The position numbers and the translations under genes are program-made. A stretch of 64,000 nucleotides of DNA from Neoechinorhynchus agilis (Eukaryota > Animalia > Acanthocephala), in assembly GCA_051530055.1 (NCBI GenBank), contig CM121343.1:3876389-3940388 (forward strand). The letters are read 5' to 3'. The notes below the pieces were generated by a model. The model saw only the letters and a program-made list of their open reading frames with translations, did not search any database and had not been told where the DNA came from. How positions within the stretch are numbered: the first letter of the stretch is position 1; each line of letters opens with the position of its first letter. Positions 11,542 through 23,269 of the stretch are shown here, in pieces.

Positions 11542-13430
11542 TAAACGGAGAAGATGTAAGCCATTATTATTAAATGGAAAAATCACCCTTCCACCACACG
11601 TATCCCGTCCTCTTAAGTACTGAAAATAAATGGACTTTCATCAAGTTCGGTTTTGGTGGTGTTATGATAATGTTGATATTTTCATATTTCGTATATACCC
11701 ATGCAGCGTCATGAAGAGTTTAAGCGATCACACTATAACCTTTTTTTGCAAAAAAACTTTTTTTTTATGGATAATTTTCGACTTTCGCTTAGGTTCACTT
11801 TCAAACAATAGACCGAAGAAGGTCTACACGAAGACCTTTTTTGAAGTTTTCTGAAATACAAGTTTAAATTTTATATATTTTCTCCAACCAAAAAGTACAA
11901 TATATGAATTCTTAATTACTTCAAATGAAATATTTTTATTATTTTACCGCGAAATTCAGTGGTATATTTCAGTTTCATCGAAATGTGTCTCCTTAATGTT
12001 ATTTTTAGATTGGAACAAATGTTTTTAAATTAAAGCTAAACGAGGATAAATAAGAACAGGTGTTAAATTGAAGTTTAAAAACAATCGAATGTATGATTTA
12101 ATTACAAGGATGGCGGCGTATTAATAAACCTAAGTAATAGTTTAAAATTGGTCTATCCATTTGCATTCAACCTCGCTTCCAGTAGTGGGAAACGCTAAAG
12201 TACTACCCAACAGAACTATGCCGGCTGCGACTTCGAGTACCATTTCCGGACAGGTACGCTCGGAACACTGGACACTAATGGGCACTTTCCGAAATCCTCA
12301 GCCATTATCCAGAATCTGCGGAGACCGGTGACCGCTGCAACGCCATGGACAATATGGATTTCCAAGGCCAAGCAATCGGATCTGTGACCTCATTTCTCAC
12401 TCTTCCTTAATGAAATTAATCACGACAAGGCTAGGACGTCTCCCACATCCCTCGGATGGGGCGTTTGGTCTCTCTCGTCGCCTATCGATGAACTGTGAAT
12501 GCGACTCTGCTAAATTATCTACTCTTATCAATGTTGCACTAAAGAAGATCCTTGAACGAGTTACTGATACTCTAAAGGGTTCATTATTTGAAGCGATGTG
12601 CACGATTTAGCATGTATTAATGGAGGCTATTCCGTGTGAAATAAGGTGCAAGTGGAATAAATCTAACGGTTCCAAAGAGGAATTCTAAGAAACAAGCTAA
12701 AGATTTACGGAAATCGACTAGCTTCTAAAAAGGAGAATACGCTACGTAAAACTCAAACGAAGATTTGTTGGAAACGAATGGTGTTCAGAAGACTTCGGAT
12801 GTTTCCACGATTATTAGGGACTTGGCACAACCCACAGGAGGTTAATGATTCTAAAATTTCTGTGTGGAGGAGTATGATATTAGAACTTTGATAAAAGGTA
12901 ACCACGGGAAAACGAAAGCGATTCACCTTCAGTAACTACTAAAGAAACATCTAGACGAATAGGAAAACGAGCAAAAGGAGGACAATACTATTACAACCAA
13001 TCAAGCCTCCGCGATTCATTTCGGTCATGATACGCCTTTCGACCCATCGTATCATCCACTCCTCCCTCAAGAATCTAAATCGCATCATTTTTATTAATGG
13101 TATATTGCAATCCCCTGCTATAGATCCTTTCGCCTCTGATGCACACTACCACCATAATCCTTCGTCCCTGACTTGCATTCTGCGTTCCCCCCCCAACAAT
13201 TGTTGTGCTCATATCCTCCAAAAATCCCTTTAAACCACGCTCACGTCTTCTCAATTCTCTCTTCCTGAACAGGAAATACAAGCTCCTTTCTTCACAACTT
13301 CGTTTTCGAATCTATCCACATAAAAACTCATCATCGCATCTTTCCATCACCCCTCCAAACTGAACCCAGACACTTTAAAACATATTACACATCCCAAAAA
13401 ACTCTAAGAGTAGGCGACTCACCGACCTCT

Positions 13431-14231
13431 TTGACTATTTACGATTCCGCCGGTGCTGTGCATAACACCTTCTTTAGACAAAAAGATAAGCTGGCAAAAT
13501 TAGATGAGACAGTGAAAGCCTCTCTCGAGAAAATTTTAAATACTCAGCTGTCGAACGAGACTTGGCGTCAAGCACTCTTGCCTGTGTCCTCCGACAGTTT
13601 GGTATTCTTTTTAGAAGATATATCCTTGCCGGCTTATTTGGGGTCGTATGAAGTAAGCCGGGCGACGATTACACATTGGATAAAGATTTCGTGGAGACTC
13701 TTAATCTTTGGCGTGGAGCAGGTACCCGTCAATGGTTGCAAACGATCAGTTTGGGAATCACTCCTCATGGCGAGAATTCATAACTCTTTAAATTCAGATT
13801 CTCGTGACCTGGTGGGCCGAACTCGATTGGCTGCAATCCCTACAAGAGAATCGGGTGCTTGGCTCAACGCTATGCAAATCGCTTCTGTAGATATCCTTCT
13901 CTCCAATGAGACAGTAAGGATTGCAGTGTCCCTGAGACTTGAGGTTGCCGACCGTGGAGCCATCGGGACGCCATGGAATCGTCTGTGGGCAATCAGGCGG
14001 AAGGTACTCACGACACGCCGAAATGAATCCAACTCTCTTAGTCGTGCCTTGAATGCACCCAACATCCTAGAGCCGAGCAATCTTTGCCGACTTGATGGCC
14101 GCCGCAGACCGGACGGTGTCACAGTATTCCCGTGGCGAAGGGAGGCAAATGTTAGCAACCGACAACATCAAATTCGCCGCTTAGGATCGCAAAAAGGATC
14201 TGAGTCGAAACCATTATTTCGTCCCCCTTGA
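13431..14231 (+). mobile_element. Decayed RLE-type (CRE-like) non-LTR retrotransposon fragment
   Basis: LEKILNTQLSNETWRQALLP, RESGAWLNA, ETVRIAVSLRL and NILEPSNLCRLDGRRPDGVTVFPW. Internally deleted. Confidence 0.85.
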
Positions 14232-15009
14232 GGTCGAGCCGCTCGGGTGATTTGGTACCGCGGCACATTACCTGATCAATCAATTGTCTAAGCAATTGAG
14301 AAGAATCACTGGCGATCACAGAGCAGGAACATTCCTCCTACAAAACATAAGTCTGCCTCTGCAACGGGGAGGGAACACTGCATCCGTCCTTTGGACCATG
14401 GCATGGCGTGAATGTTTGTAAGCTAATTTTTAGAGTGTCAATTTAGTACTTTAACAAATTCGAAATTTTTAATCAAATCGTTCAAATCCTTTTTGAACGC
14501 TCTCTTCGCTCTGAATAAATTACCCTATTTACTATTGACAAAATACTCAAAATAAGAAATTACGACGTTTTTTTTGTAGATGCAGGGTAAACCAAAATCA
14601 ACCGATAATACGACAAATTTAATAGACGAAATCATCAAACCCTTTCGGGATCAAATGCTGCTTAATGCTGAGTATTTGTTCTCTAGACTGGAGTCGAAAA
14701 TTGAGGACATAATCGAAAAAGAGACCGGGATTGTTCGATTCACCGAAATTCAAGATCAGCGAAACTTAAATGGTGCGCTGACTGAGGTGCCAGGCGATTT
14801 CGCAAATCAATCGACGAAAAGGAACTTACGTAATAAAGCAAACGAGGAAAATCATCCGAAGCAAAAGGACAAATAGGCAATAAAATTTATATTTTCTACG
14901 ACTGGTTTTGAATTTTCTCTCTTTTTTTGTGCTCATCGCATAATACAATCTTTGGCTTTTGATAGTGACATTTGACCAATTCGCTTGTTCGTATTGGGGT
15001 TAGTCAAAG

Positions 15010-15183
15010 TATTATTTTGGTGATAATCCCGGTAATAGCACATCTGATTTTGATTTATTGGAAATATTTTGAAGAAGATGACCCGAATTTTCCTCCGAAA
15101 ACAATGAGGCGAGGTCACCTCCTTCGAAATATTTCCAATAAATCAAATGTGCTATTACCGGGATTATTATCACCAAAATAATA
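15010..15183. mobile_element. TA-flanked palindromic MITE-like element
   Basis: Perfect outer arms TATTATTTTGGTGAT / ATCACCAAAATAATA. Opposite-strand ORFs 14972+ and 15012- translate almost identically. Related to 55854-56040, 62279-62427 and 50141-50221. Confidence 0.9.
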
Positions 15184-15618
15184 ATATTTAGTTTATGTCT
15201 GATTAAACATGCTGTTTTTCTCACTCTATAGAGTTATATAAACACGTTTTATTTGTGTAAAAAATGCAGGAACCCCACACTTGTCAGCATCTATCATTGC
15301 TAAACGGTGTATGGATGACGGATGTTGAAGGCAAGGGAAGTGGGACTGGTTTTTGAATGTGGGAACGGAGGCTTTGTAAAGGAGATGACCGATTAGGAGT
15401 CTTTCCATGTTCTCCGGTTATTAAGGAAAGATTGAGCTTGGGGGAAGAATTTGGGCTGCTATGATAAGGACGAGTGTGTTCTTACAGAAGCGATTTCGCA
15501 ATGACGCGCAAATTTTTTAAATGTTAAAAGACTTTATGGTTGCAACAATGGCCACTGTAAGCTACCATCGAATAGCATTTTGATTTCCGGAAAAATACTA
15601 CTCTACGACCAATGAAAA

Positions 15619-17263
15619 TTAAGGGATTTTTGAGTTGCTGACTTCGACAATTAAGATGAAAGAGTTTGGATCGCCATAAAAGCGCAGTTCTTGTCTGTCT
15701 GAAGTGCAATTTTCAGGACCATCTCGTCCATTGCCATGATCGTAAGCAATCGATATTTTGGAAACTGTCTTTCCAACACCGATTACTTTTCGGTTCAAAT
15801 ACTGTTTGACAGACAGAATCGACATTGACACCGAAAAACGCACACTAAATTCACGTTTCTCGTTTTCCAAATAGATACGGACAAACGCGAAATATCCTCC
15901 ATTGGCCGCTTTAACATCTCCCGTTGAAGATAAATCATATTTCTCAACAATTCGCTTAACAGTCTCATTAGTGGAAATGAACTCATCAACATCATGTCTA
16001 TTGCCGATTATATTCTTTATCCTGGCTTGGGTATATTATATCGATTGTTCAATATTACGCGTCGAGCACTAAAAAAACAACCAATATATTAATTGATTTC
16101 ACCATCGGTCCTTGCTCGTTCATCAATAACACTTCGATTGATTGTACGTAGGTTTGGAAAATGAGCAATGAATACATCCCACCAAGTGCAAGATTTCCAC
16201 GGGCTCAAATGGTCCATCGAGTAATCAAAACATAGACTCTCGAGGTTTTGTAATCCACGCGGCCAAGTCAATTCTCCATCTATCAAATTTAACATTAACG
16301 GACATCCGTTTATACTCAGCTTACGTATTGGTAACGATGAACTACATTTGTAACATAAATCTCGATTTTCGCTAATTGAAAGTTCAACGAGGTTTGGCGC
16401 ATTTTTAGCCAGTTGGTCAACAGTCAAATTCCAATCTTTGATATTATTATCGACCACGGATAAAAACTGCATAGTAGAACAGTACCAATCGCCAGAGAGA
16501 TTAGAGATTTTATTTTTATCGGCTCTTAGGAATTTAAGATTTTGAAAAACGGAAAATAATGGGAGAATATCCTTCTCAAAATCATAACCCATTCCGACGA
16601 TATTAAGTTCGGCTAAACTATTCACCACGCATTTTTTGCCGTTCGATACTTTTAGGCGACTAAAACTGACATCCAAAAATCGGAGATAAGGCAATAAATC
16701 CGATATAAAAGACGTTATCGTACTCCAGTCTCCTATAAGGCATTGAGGAATATACAGGGATTCTATATAAACCGATGCAAAAATATTTTTTAGCTCTTCC
16801 TTGTCCCCTATCTCGTTTACATGATAATTAGTTAAATCAATTACATTGTGAATCAATTTCATTCCGGAATAATAGACTTCAAACTCGCATCGATTGGTTT
16901 TATCCGCTTTAAAGAGATCACCATTTGATTGTCCTAAATATCGATCACTTATGCCAGTCTTTCTTGGAAGTTTTCGTCCGTCTAAGAATTACTGGTTATT
17001 GCATAGAGGATGCTTGAACCGAAGTTGGCCAATTTCGGCCTTATCAATGAAGCACTTTTCGGCCCCGCCGAACTAGTGGAAAAATACGTTTTTCCAGCTA
17101 CGGTGCCATTGTGGGTTCCACTGTTTAGATCATCCCATTCCACACCATAGTAAATTCCTGGATGACCGTCGACTGGACCCACGTACCGAACAGTGCCCAG
17201 CTTGTCAAGAGCGAATAATCGCTTTCCAACTTGCGCCTCGGGATCCAGCGTTTCTGACGTCAT
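15619..17263 (-). CDS. TBCE: Tubulin-specific chaperone E (CAP-Gly, LRR, UBL); two non-canonical interruptions
   Basis: CAP-Gly GTVRYVGPVDGHPGIYYGVEWDD..HNG, LRRs (LRFLDVSFSRL, LVELSISEN) and a C-terminal UBL (SMSILSVKQYL..LRFY). Confidence 0.93.
16034..16091 (-). other. TA-flanked 56-nt hairpin insertion in TBCE
   Basis: Gene-strand arms TAATATATTGGTTGTT / AACAATCGATATAATA (13/16 complementary). Removal eliminates the TAA stop and gives GEINYTQARIKNIIGNRHDVDEF in frame with the UBL exon. Confidence 0.88.
16950..16998 (-). other. TA-flanked 47-nt hairpin insertion in TBCE
   Basis: Direct repeat ATAA; arms CCAGTAATTCTT / AAGAAAGACTGG (10/12). Removal gives FGSSILYAISDRYL. Confidence 0.88.
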
Positions 17264-17786
17264 CTCAAGGTCGCACTTGTGACGTCAAACGTTAGTCTAG
17301 CAACGCAGTAGGAAAAAATGTCAGACTCCGACCACAACTACAGTCGCCGCTTAGTAAAAAAGAATCCGCAAAAATTAGGCCGATGTGTTGATTCGGAATC
17401 GCTAAAGACGATTTATCGTACAAATAACCGAATCGCCCATAATGACGAAAATTTAGAATTCTAAAGATTGCTAGTTAATACGTTAAAATCGAACACTATC
17501 GATCGTCGTTTCCTCATCATTCAGAAAATAAGGTATAAGATCCTAAGATTTAAATGAACGGGATTGCACCGTGACATCATCGGCTAAAGGCATTTTATGT
17601 TTCTTCCGTGGCAAATTCTGGGCGTGTCTGAAATCAGAAATCCACCCGCGCCCTTTGTACATTAAATACCTCGGTTCCTCCAGTAGCGATTTGCAATCGG
17701 ACACGTCGCCTATCTCGCGTCTTATTGGCTGCGTTTTCATTCTTACACCACGGCCACCGTCACATTTGACGAAATCGATTCGTTCG

Positions 17787-20303
17787 GGATTCTTCGACCC
17801 TTCGCGCATTCTAAGATGTTCACCCCAGACCAAACGCCTTTTCTCTTTGTTCCTTTGAGATTATTTAGTTTCCTTTTGATAGTAACTTTCGCTGTTTCTG
17901 GCTATGTTTCTCCTTGAATAACTTCTTGTTGATTTTTATTCGCTGAAGATTTTAAATCTTCACTTCTCCGAGAGTCCAGATTCTTCGACCCTTCTCGCAT
18001 TCTAAGATGTTCGCCCCAGATCAAACGCCTTTTCTTTTAGTTTCTTTGAGATTATTTAGTTGCTTTTTGATAGTGCCTTTCGCTGTTTCTGGCTATGTTT
18101 CTCCTTGAATAACTTCTTGTTGATTTTTATTCGCTGAAGATTTCAAATCTTCACTTCTCCGAGAGTCCGGATTCTTCGACCCTTCTCGCATTCTAAGATA
18201 TTCGCCCCAGATCAAACGCCTTTTCTTTTAGTTTCTTTGAGATTATTTAGTTGCTTTTTGATAGTGCCTTTCGCTGTTTCTGGCTATGTTTCTCCTTGAA
18301 TAACTTCTTGTTGATTTTTATTCGCTGAAGATTTTAAATCTTCACTTCTCCGAGAGTCCAGATTCTTCGACCCTTCTCGCATTCTAAGATGTTCGCCCCA
18401 GATCAAACGCCTTTTCTTTTAGTTTCTTTGAGATTATTTAGTTGCTTTTTGATAGTGCCTTTCGCTGTTTCTGGCTATGTTTCTCCTTGAATAACTTCTT
18501 GTTGATTTTTATTCGCTGAAGATTTCAAATCTTCACTTCTCCGAGTCCAGATTCTTCGACCCTTCTCGCATTCTAAGATATTCGCCCCAGATCAAACGCC
18601 TTTTCTTTTAGTTTCTTTGAGATTATTTAGTTGCTTTTTGATAGTGCCTTTCGCTGTTTCTGGCTATGTTTCTCCTTGAATAACTTCTTGCCGATTTTTA
18701 TTCGCTGAAGATTTCAAATCTTCACTTCTCCGAGAGTCCGGATTCTTCGACCCTTCTCGCATTCTAAGATATTCGCCCCAGATCAAACGCCTTTTCTTTT
18801 AGTTTCTTTGAGATTATTTAGTTGCTTTTTGATAGTGCCTTTCGCTGTTTCTGGCTATGTTTCTCCTTGAATAACTTCTTGCCGATTTTTATTCGCTGAA
18901 GATTTCAAATCTTCACTTCTCCGAGAGTCCGGATTCTTCGACCCTTCTCGCATTCTAAGATATTCGCCCCAGATCAAACGCCTTTTCTTTTAGTTTCTTT
19001 GAGATTATTTAGTTGCTTTTTGATAGTGCCTTTCGCTGTTTCTGGCTATGTTTCTCCTTGAATAACTTCTTGCCGATTTTTATTCGCTGAAGATTTCAAA
19101 TCTTCACTTCTCCGAGAGTCCGGATTCTTCGACCCTTCTCGCATTCTAAGATATTCGCCCCAGATCAAACGCCTTTTCTTTTAGTTTCTTTGAGATTATT
19201 TAGTTGCTTTTTGATAGTGCCTTTCGCTGTTTCTGGCTATGTTTCTCCTTGAATAACTTCTTGCCGATTTTTATTCGCTGAAGATTTCAAATCTTCACTT
19301 CTCAGAGAGTCGGGATTCTTCGACCCTTCTCGCATTCTAAGATATTCGCCCCAGATCAAACGCCTTTTCTTTTAGTTTCTTTGAGATTATTTAGTTGCTT
19401 TTTGATAGTGCCTTTCGCTGTTTCTGGCTATGTTTCTCCTTGAATAACTTGCCGATTTTTATTCGCTGAAGATTTCAAATCTTCACTTCTCCGAGAGTCC
19501 GGATTCTTCGACCCTTCTCGCATTCTAAGATATTCGCCCCAGATCAAACGCCTTTTCTTTTAGTTTCTTTGAGATTATTTAGTTGCTTTTTGATAGTGCC
19601 TTTCGCTGTTTCTGGCTATGTTTCTCCTTGAATAACTTCTTGCCGATTTTTATTCGCTGAAGATTTCAAATCTTCACTTCTCAGAGAGTCGGGATTCTTC
19701 GACCCTTCTCGCATTCTAAGATATTCGCCCCAGATCAAACGCCTTTTCTTTTAGTTTCTTTGAGATTATTTAGTTGCTTTTTGATAGTGCCTTTCGCTAT
19801 TTCTGGCTATGTTTCTCCTTGAATAACTTCTTGCCGATTTTTATTCGCTGAAGATTTCAAATCTTCACTTCTCCGAGAGTCCGGATTCTTCGACCCTTCT
19901 CGCATTCTAAGATATTCGCCCCAGATCAAACGCCTTTTCTTTTAGTTTCTTTGAGATTATTTAGTTGCTTTTTGATAGTGCCTTTCGCTGTTTCTGGCTA
20001 TGTTTCTCCTTGAATAACTTCTTGTTGATTTTTATTCGCTGAAGATTTCAAATCTTCACTTCTCAGAGAGTCGGGATTCTTCGACCCTTCTCGCATTCTA
20101 AGATATTCGCCCCAGATCAAACGCCTTTTCTTTTAGTTTCTTTGAGATTATTTAGTTGCTTTTTGATAGTGCCTTTCGCTATTTCCGGCTATGTTTCTCC
20201 TTGAATAACTTGCCGATTTTTATTCGCTGAAGATTTCAAATCTTCACTTCTCCTAGAGTCCAGATTCTTCGACCCTTCTCGCATTCTAAGATGTTCGCCC
20301 CAG
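17787..20303. repeat. Tandem array, ~191-bp unit (13 units) whose unit includes the CCT3 5'UTR and start codon
   Basis: GATTCTTCGACCCTTCTCGCATTCTAAGAT(G/A)TTCGCCCCAG occurs 14 times at ~191-bp spacing. The last copy is the true CCT3 start (20291). Confidence 0.97.
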
Positions 20304-22033
20304 CGCAAGTTCCAGTTATGGTGTTGAGTAGGAATACTCATCGTGAACAAGGCCGCAAGGTTCAATTGAACAACATTCGTGCTGCGTGTGCCATATCGGA
20401 AGTGGTGAAAACATGTTTGGGTCCCATGGCCATGGTAAAGATGCTAATAGATCCAATGTCCGGAATTGTGCTTACAAATGACGGAAATGCAATTCTGCGA
20501 GACATAACAGTGGCGCATCCTGCGGCTAAGATGATGATTGAAATCAGTAGAACTCAAGACGAGGAGGTTGGAGATGGTACTACAAGTGTTGTCGTCATCG
20601 CTTCTGAACTTTTGAACGCATTGAGTCCGTTTCTTGAACAGAACAATCATCCCGTTGTATTGATCAAGGCTCTCAAACAGGCCCTTGAGGACGTTGTTGG
20701 ATTTATGATGGCCAAAGATGGAGGAGTTTGCAATCCGATTGATGTGAATGACACGGACCAAATGATTCGTATTATTAAAAGCTGTCTTCAGACCAAAATG
20801 GTATCTAATTATGGTGACCTAATATGTCAAATCGCTTTAAGGGCCGTGCGCTCAGTTGAGATTCCTCCAACGGATGGTGGACGCCATGAAATCGACATTA
20901 AACGCTATGCTCGAATTGAGCGTATACCCGGAGGAAGTCTAAGTGACTCGTATGTTGTGAATGGAATCGCATTGAATAAGGACCTCCTTCATCCTAAAAT
21001 GCCACGACGTATTGAAAATCCAAAAGTTGTTTTATTGGATTGTCCGTTAGAATATAAAAAGGGTGAAAGTCAAACTATGATGGAGTTAACGAAAGAGACT
21101 GATTTCACTAGAGCTTTGGAATTGGAGGAAGAAGAGATCAGAGGAATGTGTGCTGATCTTATGAAAGTTGGAGCCAATATTGTCGTAACTGAGAAGGGGG
21201 TATCGGATCTTGCGATTCATCTCTTAATGAAGGCTAAAATCAGTGTTATTAGACGTGTTCGTAAGACAGATAATGATCGATTGGCTCGTATAACCGGCGC
21301 GACGGTGTGCTCGGATCCAAGTGAAATCCGGGACGGTGATGTAGGACTAAAATGCGGGGTGTTTGAAATGAGAGAACTCAATAACGGTGAAATGTATGCA
21401 TTCTTTGAACAATGCCAAAACCCTAAGGCTTGCACCATTCTTCTACGTGGACCCAGTAAAGACTTTATCGACGAAGTAGCCCGAAATTTAGAGGATGCAA
21501 TGTGCGTTGCTAGAAACATCTTTCTGGATCCGTTTGTTGCTCCAGGAGGTGGAGCGTGTGAGATGGAATTGTCCAAACGTATGCAAGCCAAAGCAACCGA
21601 TTCGACTAGTGATGTATTTAGCGGAGTGGGCAAATTTGTTTATCTTGCCTGTTCTAATGCCCTTGAGATAATTCCAAAGTTACTGATTGAGAACTCTGGA
21701 AACACGAGAGTTATACAGACTCTGATGGCCCTCAGAGTCGCCCATTCTCCCGCTAAAGAAGACAATGGGCCGAGTGGTAATTACGCTCAATTGAGAGGGA
21801 TAAACATCGGTATTGATGGATTTAAAGGCACCATTGTCGATTCAATGGCGGCCAATGTTGTGGAACCTAGAATTGTCAAACTTCAGGCCTACAAATCCGC
21901 TTTCGAAACAGCGATGATGATCGTCAGAATTGATGATATTGTTTCCGGATCAAGAAAAGGAACTGAATTGGATGCGAAACGTGGCGAGGAACAGAGGGAA
22001 AATATAACGAAAACCGAAAAGGATAATAATTAA
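20291..22033 (+). CDS. CCT3: T-complex protein 1 subunit gamma, intronless
   Basis: TCLGPMAMVKML, TNDGNAILRDI, EVGDGTTSVV, IDIKRYARIERIPGG, LLDCPLEYKKGESQT and VRKTDNDRLAR. Confidence 0.98.
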   Translation: MFAPAQVPVMVLSRNTHREQGRKVQLNNIRAACAISEVVKTCLGPMAMVKMLIDPMSGIVLTNDGNAILRDITVAHPAAKMMIEISRTQDEEVGDGTTSVVVIASELLNALSPFLEQNNHPVVLIKALKQALEDVVGFMMAKDGGVCNPIDVNDTDQMIRIIKSCLQTKMVSNYGDLICQIALRAVRSVEIPPTDGGRHEIDIKRYARIERIPGGSLSDSYVVNGIALNKDLLHPKMPRRIENPKVVLLDCPLEYKKGESQTMMELTKETDFTRALELEEEEIRGMCADLMKVGANIVVTEKGVSDLAIHLLMKAKISVIRRVRKTDNDRLARITGATVCSDPSEIRDGDVGLKCGVFEMRELNNGEMYAFFEQCQNPKACTILLRGPSKDFIDEVARNLEDAMCVARNIFLDPFVAPGGGACEMELSKRMQAKATDSTSDVFSGVGKFVYLACSNALEIIPKLLIENSGNTRVIQTLMALRVAHSPAKEDNGPSGNYAQLRGINIGIDGFKGTIVDSMAANVVEPRIVKLQAYKSAFETAMMIVRIDDIVSGSRKGTELDAKRGEEQRENITKTEKDNN

Positions 22034-22229
22034 TGATGATGAGGCCGTAAAATAAAAATGCTTAGCGAAAACTGCGATGATAAATTTCAATCGAATCATA
22101 GCTGCTCACTTGCAAAGTCGAATTTAATCACTTTAACCACTCTTGCTTAACTAAACCAAAATAACGATTTTGCTGCTATTGATCGTTAATCTGAAAAGCA
22201 TTTAATAGTCAGTCAATAAACAGTTAGAA

Positions 22230-22712
22230 TTGAACACTCGCTCGTTACATGGTGATGATTCATTTGCCTCTATGAAAGAAGTCTTTGTAGACTCTTCTTT
22301 TTTTCACTGTGAAAAGTTTTACATGAGTGGTTCATTCGAAGACCGAGAATCGAATACAGCGTCAGATCTTAGAATTTTTCTGTACGCTCGGCGAGGTCAA
22401 AAAGCAAGCAGAAAAAAACTGGCCGAACATTGCGCAAACGCTGCCATGGGATGCTATCTCAAAACTCTTGAACGGTATCCGGAACGTGCAAAATGCTTTT
22501 CCTCTTCGAATAAGACTTTGAACTATGTTCTTGAATTTGAGAATACGTTCAAAATCCTGGGAATTATGGCACAAGCCGACATTAAAGGTATTGTCACTGA
22601 GCTAATTTCAGATCAACCCGATTCGACGGACGCCGAGAAAAGAGAAACTTTCACAGTCCTTGGTATTGGACCGGTCGACAGGCGTGAAATATATAACATG
22701 ATGATGGCTTAA
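22230..22712 (+). CDS. Divergent peptidyl-tRNA hydrolase 2 (PTH2)-family protein
   Basis: IFLYARRGQKASRKKLAEHCANAAMGCY and TFTVLGIGP correspond to the PTH2 motifs LVVRxDLKMGKGKxAAQCSHAA and TVLGIGP. Confidence 0.7.
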   Translation: MNTRSLHGDDSFASMKEVFVDSSFFHCEKFYMSGSFEDRESNTASDLRIFLYARRGQKASRKKLAEHCANAAMGCYLKTLERYPERAKCFSSSNKTLNYVLEFENTFKILGIMAQADIKGIVTELISDQPDSTDAEKRETFTVLGIGPVDRREIYNMMMA

Positions 22713-23269
22713 ATGTGCTTTCCTTAAAGAATATCAGCTAGGAATATTCTTAAAGCACTGAAAATCCAAGATTTTTCTGCTTTTAACACAATTTAAAAAT
22801 TGTCTTCGTTTACATCATCTCCTAAATCCTCACAATTAAACAACAAAATTCAAGCTTTTGCTTTAAAATCAAAAGGTTTTCACCCCGAAAAAAGTTAAAA
22901 ATATTGGAGCTAATTAAGTGTTCCACGCGCTGTTAAAACTCGTCACGAATAAAATAACACAAAATTAATCTTGAATGAAGGTTGACAAGCAACTTTTTGC
23001 GCTTGTAAAAATTAAACTTTTGTTATTGAATTTTAAAAAACTCAAATTGAAAAACACTGTAAAGTTAATGGCTCGTTCAAAAAGGATCTTAATAATGAAT
23101 TAATCATCGCAGCTTAAGCAGTAGACACTTCTCTACTTGTTAGCAATGCTGCCCAAAGCAAAAAAATATTATTGCATCACCAGATATCAAACCTGTGAAA
23201 TGAGCTCAACCGATTATTTGCATAGGTTAACGTCTTCTATTTGTTCCTCTGCGTTGGCCGCAACTTAGT

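Noticed and set aside
14972-15224. Two similar small membrane-protein ORFs on opposite strands
   Set aside because: They are artefacts of translating a palindrome.
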